Shown: piece by piece, positions 1 through 13,258 of the stretch
Layout of the letters: every line of letters starts with the position of its first letter
Position numbering within the stretch: position 1 is the stretch's first letter
Source of the DNA: Selaginella moellendorffii
Taxonomy: Eukaryota; Plantae; Lycopodiophyta
Assembly: GCF_000143415.4 (NCBI RefSeq)
Contig: NW_003314274.1
Coordinates: 142,483 to 206,482 of the forward strand
Reading direction: 5' to 3'
DNA length: 64,000 bases
The notes under the pieces: generated by a model
Told to the model about the DNA's origin: nothing
What the model saw: the letters and a program-made list of their open reading frames with translations, nothing else
Database searches by the model: none
Position numbers and translations under genes: made by a program

Positions 1-221
1 ACCGTCCAAAGACCATGAGCACTACAGATTATATAAAGGAATAGATTCGACGATCACGTTTAGGAGCGAGAGAGGGAGTTTATCTTGCTCGCAGGATTTC
101 TTTCTTTATTTTTGGGTAAAGTGAGGGACTCCGCGCAAGAATAAATAAGTGGTGTTAAAGCCAAATGTTCTCGCGAAATTGAAAGAGCTAACGCTGCTCA
201 GGAGGCTCGAAAATCATAGCA

Positions 222-1495
222 ATGGATCAAATATTACACGCGAAATTCATCATTGGAATCATAGGTGAAGTTCTTGATCCAGAAATCCAGCCAGAGCTCT
301 CTCTCTCTCTCTCTCCTCTGTCTCTCTCTCTGTTGCTCAAATTCTTTTGTGCAATCAACTCATGTTTGATCGTCACTGGTGCGTGTCATTCTTCCAAAGT
401 GATTGAATCTTTCCTCGATCATTCTTCTCCGCGATTTCATCAGCAATCTCTTTGCTTGTAGTCGCAAAAAAGACGAGAAATCTCTCGCGGATTTCTTAAC
501 TAACGGAAGCTAACGCCTTCAAGTTGCCTTGTGGTGCCAGGAAATATTGCTACCATATCAACCAGCCTCGCTCCAATGTAAAAAACTCTAAAGAACTCTC
601 CCTTTTTTCAAATCTCTGACCGATTCAAATATGTTTAGCCCAACTTTCTGGCGGATTTGCAAGCGAAGGTCCACGGACGATTTCTCGTTTCTTCCATACT
701 TAATGTCATTTACATGCAATCTTTTGTGGGGATGGTACGCTCTCCCCTTCATCACCTCCAACAATTTCGAGCTTCTAACCATTTGCATCGCACAAGTCTC
801 ACTCCAAACAATCTATATCCTCCTCTACTTTACATTCACGGACCGCTACCAAAAGGCAAGCCCTCTGGAAAGAGTTTTTCAATCTCAAACTTTTGGCAAC
901 ATTGTTTTCCAGATCAAGCTCTTTTTCTCGATCCTCTTCGTGGGCTTTATCTTCGCGGTTGATTCAGTGGCGTGCCTGAAAATACTTGGCAAGTCTAGAG
1001 GGCAATTCTTTGCAGGAACAAGCGCCACGATCGCAGCGCTTCTTTGTTTTGCGTCACCACTTTCGATAATGGTATGTGCGTGTTAGTATTCCCTCCTCCA
1101 CTCTCTAATATTCTTTGGACTATATACATTCTTTAACGCTTCGGTTTCTTTTCCCAGGGACTGGTCATCAAAACCAAGAGTGTAGAGTATATGCCACTTC
1201 TGGTCTCCCTTGCGCTCTTATTCAATTGCGTCACTTGGACGGTTTATGCCCTTTTGGGGAAAGACGTGTTTCTCACGGTAATCCACACTTGTTTGATGTT
1301 TCTCTACTGAGTTTTGGTTGCCAGATTGCCGAAGCCATGGGAACTGCATTGGCTGTCGGACAGCTGATTTTGTATGCTTGCTACTGCCGTGTCAAAAAGC
1401 CACCGGTCCATGTGGAAGAGTCACTCTTTGAGTCGTCTAAGGACCACTCCAAAGTGGAGATTGCTGTCATAGTTGCACAGCCATCCGAGGATTAG
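222..1495 (+). CDS. SWEET: SWEET (MtN3/saliva) transporter, clade I-like, 6 exons (222-264, 541-577, 639-855, 913-1071, 1158-1277, 1325-1495), 248 aa
   Basis: Spliced translation gives GNIATISTSLAPIPTFWRICKRRSTDDFSFLPY...ASPLSIMGLVIKTKSVEYMP...QLILY, the two MtN3 repeats. Exons 2-5 (37/217/159/120 nt) match the paralog at 53423-54694. Intron 3 is GC-AG, the others GT-AG. Confidence 0.95.
297..331. repeat. (CT)n microsatellite in SWEET intron 1
   Basis: Visible ctctct run. Confidence 0.9.
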
Positions 1496-1795
1496 GAAGA
1501 GATTAGAACCATTCAATTGATCCGGCTCCTAAACCAAGCTCACAACGCTTGAACAACCTGGAAGACAAATAAAAAACTCTCAAGGTGTTTATGGAATAAA
1601 GGATTTAAGCATTTTTGTTGCTAAACTTGAACGGAGAAAAAGTTAGGGTAATCTAAACAATTTACATGACACAGTTATCCACGTGGACAAGAGCGGTTTG
1701 TGACGAGTTTTAAGGTTCTTGGCATCCACGAATCTTGGAAGTTTCAATAAACCACACTTTCACTTGTGCTGTTTGCTCATAGCTTGTTCGCAGCC

Positions 1796-3224
<1,429 letters not shown>

Positions 3225-5491
3225 TAGAAAACAAGTTTTTCCTATATAATGTATTTTACCTTTAACCTCTGGCATTTCTAATAGTTAGTCCATTTTCGCT
3301 GCTTGATCTGGGCGCACCAATCTTTGCCGCCGCGGTTCGCGGCTCCTGGTAGGATTGAAGAGCTCCGATGTCACAAATGCAGAATGCCCCTGAAATCCAC
3401 CTCCGCCTCAAGGTGTGGAGCTTCATTGTGGCGTGGGAGGCAAGTAGCGTTTGACAATTAGATTCGTGCATTAGATCGCAAGCGATCACTCTTAAAGTTA
3501 TTTCCTCCCAAGTAATATCTTTTTTTCTTTTCTTCCACGTCTCTCTTTCCTTTTTTTTTGTGTGTAAAGAGGAGGGAATCGTCGTCCACACAAGGCGATG
3601 AACTTGCTTCTACGAAAGATTGGTTACTGCGAGTAAGAAAAGAAAAACTCATACCTGGTACTGGAATGTATTCCAAGTCAACAAGCAGTGGTACGTGACG
3701 ATGTAAGAATGTATATGCACGCGGCTACTAACAGTACGTTCTCTCCGTAGGGATTTTTCAAGCAATCGTTCAACGCTCTGGATTTTTAACAGAGAATTTG
3801 AGGCCTGGTTCTTCCATCGTCAAGATACTAAATCTCTTGATTTTAAAGTTGGGCTTTTGAAACCAGCGCATATCTCAACAATCCCTTGGAGAAAAGGAAA
3901 CGAGACAAGTACAATGTTGACAAGACCATACAGAAAAAGAGCTCCGATCGGTGCTTTCAGCTGGTTTTACTTGGATGAATCGGACCAACGAGCTCGTACA
4001 TAAGTGGTGACAACTTGCTTCGCATTTCACGGAAGATTGTTGGTTTGACAAACAGCTAGAAGAAGAAGGTACTGAGGCTACCTTTGCTCGTTTCTATTTC
4101 TTTCCCTTTCCGTTCCTTAGAGCCAGGAAACTTGACTGATCAAACCATTTAAAACCAGGTGGGAGGAGGAGGCTTGTTGGTGATTCTAGCTCACCTTTCA
4201 ACCATAGCACCTGTGATGGACGAAACGAGCAGTGCATTGGGTATGTAGTGGTTCCAAGTTTTTCTTATTTGCTTGTTTCTGTTGATGGAAGTTTATCAAG
4301 CCTCTCATGCGATGACTTGGTCGAAACCCGGATTACTTAGCGAGCACTCAGAAACGGCTCCAGAAAGCAATAGAGCTAGGTCGAGTGAATTACAAGCAAA
4401 CTTTCGTTGATTTCTCCCAACTTAAAGTAGCTCTCACAGATGCAAACGGAAGGAACATGTGGTTTTAGCTCCTCAACGGGCACGAAAGACGGTCCTGGAG
4501 CTTTTGATTTTAAACAAGGGTATACCCAGGTAATACGTTAAAAAAAGTTCTCAGTCTTTGACACTTGAGACAAGGGAAATGCGTTTTGGTGAATTAGAGC
4601 AGCCCTGAAAATGCCAAACATCAATCACATGAAATGTTGGTAAGCATGGGAGCCAAGTGTGAGTAGTATTAACATTTTTTCTAGTACAAATTAAATCTTT
4701 AAATGGTGAAAACATCCTTTATCAGTATTTATACTAAGCTGAATTTGTATGTATTATTAGTGTTATAATAAAAATTCATTCCCTGATTCTTGATAGTTTA
4801 GATCATCAGTCTCAAAAATGAAACTTTAGAATTACAATAGTGTTAGAACCACTTGTGTTATAATTATATAGAATAACTCGAATACTGTCATTCTTAAAAA
4901 TGTAAGATTCTACACTTTACTCATAATTTAAACTTTCAAAGAAACTAAGACATTATATGTAAAATAACTCTTATTGTGATCTTAGAACAAAGTATATTAC
5001 CTACAATCAATACCATTTAACAATATTTTCATTAATTTTGGTGAATCCACAATCTCAAATAAGATTCTATTTTAGAATATTCTTAAGAATAACATTAAAT
5101 TTAATAATAAGTTACATTTTTTTGTTTTTAATTATTATCTGCATAACCATCTCAAAAAACAATTTTCTTATATTTTTTAGTAATGAAAACTATAACTATG
5201 AGTAGTGTTTTTATAAATGTTTCTAAGTCTTTATAAAATCTTTACTTTTTTATATGGTATTTTTGTGTAAATATGCTTTATATTTTGAAAAATAGATGGA
5301 TTTGCAGATATATATATATATGATGTGCCATTTATCACATTTTTTTCATATATACTCTTTTGAAAGCTATATTTTTACATAAAAAATCTTTTGCATCTTT
5401 ATCCACAATTAACATTCATATTATGTAATTTTGAAGTTCTTCAAGGATTTATCTTCTTTAGAAAGTTCAGATGGTGATGAATATAAAGAAT

Positions 5492-5668
5492 TGTGAGTGC
5501 TTGGAATATAGAAAAGGGAATACAGAAATGTGCATATTAATTAGCCCAAAAACCCTAGCTTATATACAGGAGCGAGTGGTCCAGATTGAAACTAATCTGA
5601 CGGCTACTAAAATGCCACTATGCTAATATTAGTATACGGCATCGTAGCCGTACACTTGGCCCCTCACA
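5492..5668 (-). repeat. 3' LTR (177 bp) of the gypsy element
   Basis: TG...CA termini, aligns to 17450-17624, adjacent to the polypurine tract. Confidence 0.92.
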
Positions 5669-5687
5669 TCATCCCCTCCTCTTAGAA
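5669..5687 (-). other. Polypurine tract of the gypsy element
   Basis: Minus strand reads TTCTAAGAGGAGGGGATGA immediately before the 3' LTR. Confidence 0.85.
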
Positions 5688-5700
5688 TAATGGAAGACCA

Positions 5701-8700
5701 TCAGGGTTCTCTTGTAGACGGGCCGGGATCTTGAGGAACATCAGGAGGAGGCATTGGTGGATCTGTACATGGTATTAACTGCTCCTGATCCATTTGTATG
5801 AAGTGTTTCAACCGCTGCACATGCACAATCTCTGGAAGATCGGCTTGCTGGACATCATGCCGAACCTCATAAACTTGTGGTCCAACTTGCCGCAACACCC
5901 GATACGGTCCTTTCCATTGTGCAAGGAGCCCCTTAGATAAACCACGTACCGTAAGATGGGGAAAACGGACTAACACCAAATCATCCACTTTGTACTCCAT
6001 AGGTGGACAATGATGGGAGTTGTAGCACTGTTGTTGTCCCACTTGTACGTGGCCTAAGTGTTCGGCAAACTTCGCTCGGACAAGTGGAAGAATGCTTGTC
6101 AAATATTGATCCCATGACCTAGCATCTGCAGCTCGTGGCAATCGCGAAGGTAAACCCAGCTCCGTTGGTAATATTGGATCATGACCATATAGGAGTTTAT
6201 ATGGTGAAGCACCAATAGAGCTCTGCACCCCAGTGACATATGCATACCGAAGAGACGGCAAATAACCATCCCAATCCGAATGCTGAAAGTTCACATACTT
6301 CGCAATCATCCCCTTGAACGTCCGAACGAGCTGTTCCACTAGACTGTCTGATTGTGGATGATAAGCACTTGTGAAAGTGTGGCAAATCCCCAACCGAGAC
6401 GTCAAAACATGAAATGCCTCAACCATAAATGTGGGACCATTATCCGAAAGAATCCACTCTGGATAAGAATGCTGGAACACCACTCAATTGAGGAGGAAGT
6501 ATCCAACAGCAGTTGTAGAGGCGCTAGCAAGAGCACCAACTTTCACCCAATGAGTCAAATAGTTAGAAGCAATGATAACATACTCATTGCCAGCAGTTGA
6601 CCGTGGAAAAGGTCCTATAAGATCAAACGCCACCAACTCAAACGGACGGGAAACCGCAATTAACTCCAACCGTCCTTCAGCAGCCCAAGGGAGAGTATTA
6701 CGAGCTTGGCATCAGACGCAGCTATACACATATTGGATAATATCACGTCGCATCTCCGGCCAATAGAAAGACTTGCGTAGCTTCTCGATTACACGATGAT
6801 GTCCCATATGCCCACCTAGAACAGGAGAATCATGGTAGGCATGGAGAAACCACGGAATAAAGATAGAAGGCACCACCAGCCGTAAATGATCATCAGGATC
6901 TGTCCGCACAAAATAAAAAAGGCCATATTCAAAATGATATTGAGAATGTAAATGCCGGAAAGACAAGTCATCAACAAATGATGTAGGATTCTCAAACCCA
7001 TCTCGAAGCCTTTGAATCTATGGCTTAATATTTTGAGCTTCGCAAACCTCATCAAGCGAAGGTAGATCTTGCTTTGCACCTTGTGGACACTAAATGTCAA
7101 GTACAGCAACCGCCGATGGCATAGAATCCTCGTCTAGAAAATCCACAGATGCTAGAATGACAGGCTCATTAGGAACATGAGAAGAGAGTGAAGAAGGAAG
7201 AGGAGCTCGAGAAAAGGCATTAGCATCAGCCATAGAACTCCCTGGGCGGTGAACAACATCAAAATCATATATCTGAAGCTTCAAAGCCCACCGAGCAGTA
7301 CGACCAACCAGGTTCTTCTGCTTTAATAACGAAGTAACAGCAGCATGGTCACCTTCAAATAACGTTCGAGAACCATGTAGATATGCATGAAGTTTCTCGA
7401 AACCCCAGAGTGCTGCTAAATACTCCTTCTTTGTTGTGGAGTAGTTCATCTCCGCTGGTTGTAATGTACAGCTTATATATGCAATGGGATGGCGCTGACC
7501 AGACACACTCGAGCTCTCTTGCATTAACACACCTCCAAGACCAATGTCTGAAGCATCCACGCGCAAAATAAAAGGTTGAGTGTAGTCAGGATATGCCAAA
7601 ACCGGAGGAGTTGTCAATAACTCTTTGAGATCCTCGAACGCCCGCTCACAATCCGGAGACCAAATGAAAGATGATGTTGATGACTTCAGCAATGCTTGCA
7701 ATGGTGTAGTACGATCAGAAAGATGATCCACAAAACGCCCGAGATACTGCACCTTGCCCAAGAAGCACTGCACATCATTCACACACTTCGGAGTAGGGAA
7801 CTTTAGAACAGCCACAAGTTTGTCAGGATCAACTTGCAAACCTTCATGAGAAATACGGTACCCAAGATAAGTTGTGTCTTTGGATCCAAACACGCATTTC
7901 GACCGCTTCAGCTTTAAACCAACGTCGCATAGCCGATCCAACACTTTACAAACATCACGAACGTGCTCCTCCCACGTCCCCTCCGAATGGATCAAGACAT
8001 CATCAATGAAGTCAACAGTCACCTCTAGCATATCACAAAGAACCTCGTCCATCATCCGTTGAAAAGTTGTTGGAGCATTGTTCAAACCAAATGGAACTCA
8101 TACAAACTAAATAATGTACGAAAAGTAGTCTTAGGAATATTTTCTTCGGCTATCGGTACTTGCTAGTACCCAGAAGCAAGATCTAGCTTGGTGAACCAAC
8201 GACTTCTCCCCAAACGATCCAAGAGATCAGTAGTGTGAGGACGAGGGTACACATCCGAGATTGTTACGTCATTTAATGAACGATAGTCGATGTAGAAACA
8301 AATACTCCTATCAGGCTTTGTCACAAGATGAGGTTCACATGCCCAAGGACTCCATGACTTCCGAATAACACCCTTCTCCAACATCTCCTTGACATTTGCA
8401 CATAAAATCTTGATCTCCTTTGGTGACTAAAGATGAACAAGAATCTCAATTGGACGAACATCCTCAGTTGGAATTGGATGATGTGTGGCAATCTTGGCTC
8501 TAGATGATAGGTCAAAGTCAAAGAGATCAAAATACTCCTTTATGAGCTGGTCAACTGCTGCAACACAAAAATTGTCAGAGGGATCGGAAAAGGGAAGAGT
8601 AGAACAAGATGGAAATACAAGAGGAAATAGTGGGGAAATAAGAGTAATAGAAGCAGAGGTAGAAGTAGAGGGACAAAGAGGTACAGAAGTGAGAGGAATG

Positions 8701-9937
8701 GATGAAACATAAGAAAGTATGAGACAGGGGGGAGAAGCCTCAAAGTCACATTTGGCATGATTGCGTTGCAACTAATCCATACCAAGAATGAAGTCAAAAG
8801 CTTGACTCGGCACCACCCACAACGACTGCAACTCAAGCTTGAGATCGCCCACACGCACAACCAGGTCTACCTCATCCCGTGCACATGCATGTGTACAGTC
8901 GTTGCCATAAAAAATGAAAATTGGTTCTGCCGCACGTGTAGACGACAACATGTGGCAACAGGTCAAGCAATAGAAGATAAACTCGAACTTGTATCAACCA
9001 ACACGGAGAGAATAATAGGAGACCTCTTATTATTAAGACGAGCTTGGAAAGTAAACATTGGATGAACTGGTGCCGAGTGAACCCCTTGATGATACTCCCA
9101 AAAGAAAGATGGAGGGGTCACTGACTTATTCGCGCAAGTCCCTCCATTACTCGCGCGACTCCTTGTTTCCCGGATGCATCTCGGTGTCCAAACCTTCCAT
9201 TGCAACAGCACCAACAGGACATTGCTGATGCCGAGGTCTCCACCCAGGAAATGAAGGTTGCTAATCCGGAAAATGCCGACAACGCCGATAAGTATGACCA
9301 ACTTCATCACATGCCCAGAAGCGAACATCACGGCCACAACCATGTCCTCACCGGACTCGAGCAGCAGCAGTATCAACCTCCATTGGAACAGGACCATCAC
9401 CCATAGGAAGTGGAGCTGAAAGATGTGCAGCGAGAAGTGGAAGAAGCGATATCTCATAACGTTGTGCCAAGCGAAGAGCATCGTCAAGGGTGGCGGGAGC
9501 AAGTGCATGCACAAGTCCGACAAGATCTTGACGAAGTGCTGGCCACAACATTCCTAGCTTGATCTGCTTTGACATATTTGGCTCCACCGAAGCAAAAGAC
9601 TTTGGAAACGAACACCAAATTGCATCACTGACTCAGATGGCCCTTGGCGAAGATGATGCAATTGTTAGAAAGCATCATCACAATCATCAGCATGTCCGAA
9701 GGCGCGTTTGAAGACATCCGAAAGAACACTCCAATCCCCACGAGTGACTGCTCCCAAACCATTATACCACTGCAACGCTGTCCCTTGGAGACACGTGGGA
9801 AACACACGCAAACGTTGAGCATCATCCCAAGAATGATATGTGGCAATCACCGTAAAGTGATCGAACCAATGGTACACATCATCCCAAGGATTCCCGCAAA
9901 AGAACTTCGGCCGAACGCGAGGATTGGCACCAAAAGC
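5701..9937 (-). pseudogene. Disrupted gag-pol of the gypsy element (gag 5' end at about 17090-17216, beyond the nested transposon)
   Basis: Gag W-D-D...L-G-A-WY and a decayed CCHC knuckle (FWACDEVGHTYRRC); protease VLVDTSS; RT IDYRSLN, KLDLASGY, FIDDVLI; RNase H DASDIGLG; integrase GHMG...C, SDNG, YHPQSD, WKGPY. Many stops and frameshifts. Confidence 0.93.
9109..9171 (-). promoter_or_regulatory. Putative -1 programmed ribosomal frameshift signal at the gag/pol junction
   Basis: Slippery G GGA AAC in the gag frame (HPGNKESRE*), 6-nt spacer, then stem UCGCGCGAGU/ACUUGCGCGA whose loop AUGGAGGG pairs with downstream CCCUCCAU (H-type pseudoknot). Confidence 0.75.
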
Positions 9938-10383
9938 AGGAAAGCTCTATTTCGTTAAAGTGGGAATTGTCATTATCCCACTTGTAAAATAACGTTTCCA
10001 AACCTTTATATAGTATATAAATATAACAAAATTCAACTGCATTGAGGCACATGCCATTTTATTTTAAACAAGGAAATGTTTACTCAATCACTTCTCCTCC
10101 CCCTGCCACTGCTTCACCTCTCTCTTCTCCTTGTCATCGTCGTCCAATTTCTTTCCATCCTTTTAATATTGGCTCAGTTGCTCCGAGTCTAGGTGGAGCC
10201 CAAGTCCCCATTCAATCTTTACTTTCCCCTTATTAATAAAACAACTTTGTAGACTTCCAATAACATGCTGTAACACTTCTAGTATAATGCAAATCATCTC
10301 AAAGAATTGTCTTTTAATATTAATACAATGGCATGGAACCCCATGCCATAATAAGTTACATTTTTAAATAAATATATGCCATC

Positions 10384-13258
10384 TCAGATTGTTATTTTTT
10401 GCCTCCAACGCCTATACAATAATCTTGGAATTTCATCACTCTCCACACTATCAGGATTTAAACCCAATAGTAATGCCATCTCTTCTCTAATACGTCCACG
10501 CTCAAGTTTAGTGGTCGAAGAACCCATCCGGTTGAGCAGATTATGGAGATGCGGATAGTGCTTGGCTAGACAATATACATGCCATAAATGATGACTGGTG
10601 TCTGTCTGATCAAATGGCTTCTGATATACCGTTCCATCTGCCATTTGGTTGATTTCTGCAGCCACCTCCTGGACTAGCCGGTTCTCTATCACCATCGCTC
10701 CAAGCCATTTTGCAAGGTCCCCCAGAACATACGGTTTCTTCTCCCTAGTTTCCATACTGCAAGAGATGGGGTGCACTGCATATGTGTGCGTGTTCGCTGT
10801 AGTTTTAATCAAGTCATCGATGATGAGGATTTCACTTGACCTAGCAGTCCGGTTCATCACTACAGCCTCTGGCTTGACGAAGATGGGCTTGCTACCCCTT
10901 ACATGGACCATAGTCAAGCAATCCTCCTGCGTTAGGAGAAAGTTAAATGGTAATATTACTCGCATCTAATCGTGCATCATCTGTAGCAACGTTAATGCAT
11001 TGTGGCGCATCATGGATGTCCAAACTCCCAATTGCAAATTGAACCCGGCCCTTTGTTTTAAGTGTCGCATGGTCATTATTAGATCCCGCAGTTTCTCCCG
11101 TGTGATTAATGTGAATCTGTCTCTTTTGACCAACTTGCGACCGCAGGCTTTGGAGAGTGCAGTGACATTCGAGGACGAGCCACGCTCATGGGAGAAAAGG
11201 ACACTGTTCAGATCAAAAACGATACAGTACCTTCGCCGTGACTCTGAAATGAAATGCGTTAGCATAAAAAATGGTACAAGTCAATTTTACCATCTACAAT
11301 ATTAGCAAATGGTGCTCCCAATGGTCGTTGAGAGGGTTTTGGTCGAGGAAACGTGAAGGGCGGAAATACTCTCCTCTGCAATGTGGGGTTAATCGCATCC
11401 GATGGCGTGTGGGCACATGCCATTTCAGCTGTAGACTCTAGTACAACTGGCTCAACAGTGGCATGGGGTGGTTTCGATGGCGTGTGATCACACGCCATTT
11501 CAGCTGGTGCCTCCGTTGGCAAAGTGGACATGACCGAACAAGCAGCAGGGGCGGTGTAGGGAGGTTCCAATGGCACGTAGTCAGATGATTGGGCACACGT
11601 TGAGTCCGTTGGAAATGAGGATACGACCGGCTCGGTGGCTGGGGCGGCCTCATGCGGGTCCAATGGCGCCTGGTCACCGTCAGTTGGATACGTGGACAAG
11701 ATTGACTCAGTGGTATGGGCAGCATCAAGTGGAGCGTGGTCAGCTTGCTTGGCGTTGATATGGATAGTAGCCTCCACTAGCTCTGATGACTCTTGCAGGC
11801 AAGTAGAGTCCACTGGCGGATCCATATGCATGTCCAAATATCTCCCTTCGATTGAGATGGTATCCTCCCGTGCTACTAAAAACAAACTCATTAGCACATT
11901 GAATCGACTATACTGTATTTACCATCAACTGCTATTGAGGAACTAGGACCGATATCACTTGGGCGCACTGCTGATTCTGAAAGATTGGACATACGTTTCG
12001 ACCCTTGCTTGGCACTATCCTTCCTCGATACTAAAGGCTAGAGTTTGTATCTTAATTCAACTGAATAATCTCTACTTACCATTTGCTCTGCGACCTACAT
12101 GGACAATGTTAAAAATGGTAAAAGGTTAGGAATGGATGTACTATTATTTACCTGATGGTTTGTCTTGTATGACCTTCCTCCGCTGCTCTTTGGCCACCTC
12201 AGGCTGGCCATCGTCGTCATCGTCGTCGTCGTCGTTATTGTGATCGTCACCATTGTAAGGACCATCCAAGTCCTCTTCGTCCTCCTCTTCTTCGTCCTCC
12301 TCTTCTTTGTCCTCCTCTTTGTCCTTCTGCTCTTCCTGCTCATTATCTTTCTCTGGCTCCTCATCCCCCTCCTGCATTTCTTCCATAGGCTGCTTAGGCT
12401 GGATGGCTTGTTCTTCCAGGACCATCTTGGGAAAATCATCTGGCCGAGTCTCCATCTCAAAATACAAGACATCCATAGCCTGTTTTAGTGCGTGACCTAG
12501 GACCGTATCCTCACCCGACTGTCTTAACATGGTTTCTGCACATTCTTGCACCCTTCGAAGACGACGAGATGAGAAAAATGTGGCCCTAACTTGAAAAGCG
12601 TCCCTCATCCATTGTACCTCTCCATTGAGATTGGGGAAGGGGAGTCCTCCATAGGAATCTGAGTCAGGAGGTGGTGACTGGCTGCTTTCACTCAGCCCTT
12701 GATCTGCAATGAATGGCATGAGCACCCACGCCATAACCGCGAGGCATTACCTATCATCTTTTCGTTGCCCTTCTTCTGCTTCGGGGTAGTTTCCAGATCG
12801 ACCCCCTTCCCCTTCACTTCGCAAACTGGAGTCACTCTCAACGGCTCAATGTTGGAATATAGTTTTTGAACATCGCCGTAGGTGAGGTCCGTGGATTCCA
12901 TGTGATCTTCATAGACCCGCAGCATCTTTGAAATTGTGGGCATCCTGGACAACCTCTCTCTAGCTCCCTCTAGGAATTCCTCATAGCCGCTGCCCCCCTC
13001 CGAGAAGCCGCTAGAATGTGCAAGGTGGATCTTGAAGGCTGACGCTGTCTCTACCACAAGTGCCAGTCCATATTCTTGCATGGAACTGCATGGAGTGTCT
13101 GTCACTTGGATGAGGATCCCCATGCATTCTTTTCTCCCACCATCTGTGTTGTACAGCCTCAGATCCTTGCCTTCCATCCCGAAAGTCCAACTGGTGAGCT
13201 CCTCCCCCTTCTCTGCATCCACATTGATAGTGGCTAGAAGAAGAACACAATTCCTCAC
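10384..13258 (-). pseudogene. Multi-exon gene inside the transposon: unknown N-terminal domain, acidic and Pro/Thr-rich linker, C-terminal FCP1/NIF-like HAD phosphatase domain; one in-frame TAG
   Basis: GT-AG introns join the minus-strand ORFs 12692-13276, 12144-12734, 11259-11897, 10966-11265 and 10384-10965. The domain shows IVFDLNSVL...R...LGVWTSMMRHN...QEDC...KPIFVK...ILIIDD, the NIF-family motif series. TAG at 10966-10968 splits it. The 5' end is uncertain. Confidence 0.7.

Noticed and set aside
3560-4650. Exon-like pieces with GT/AG sites downstream of the tubulin gene
   Set aside because: Could not assemble a consistent frame or recognise a family; may be a decayed gene.
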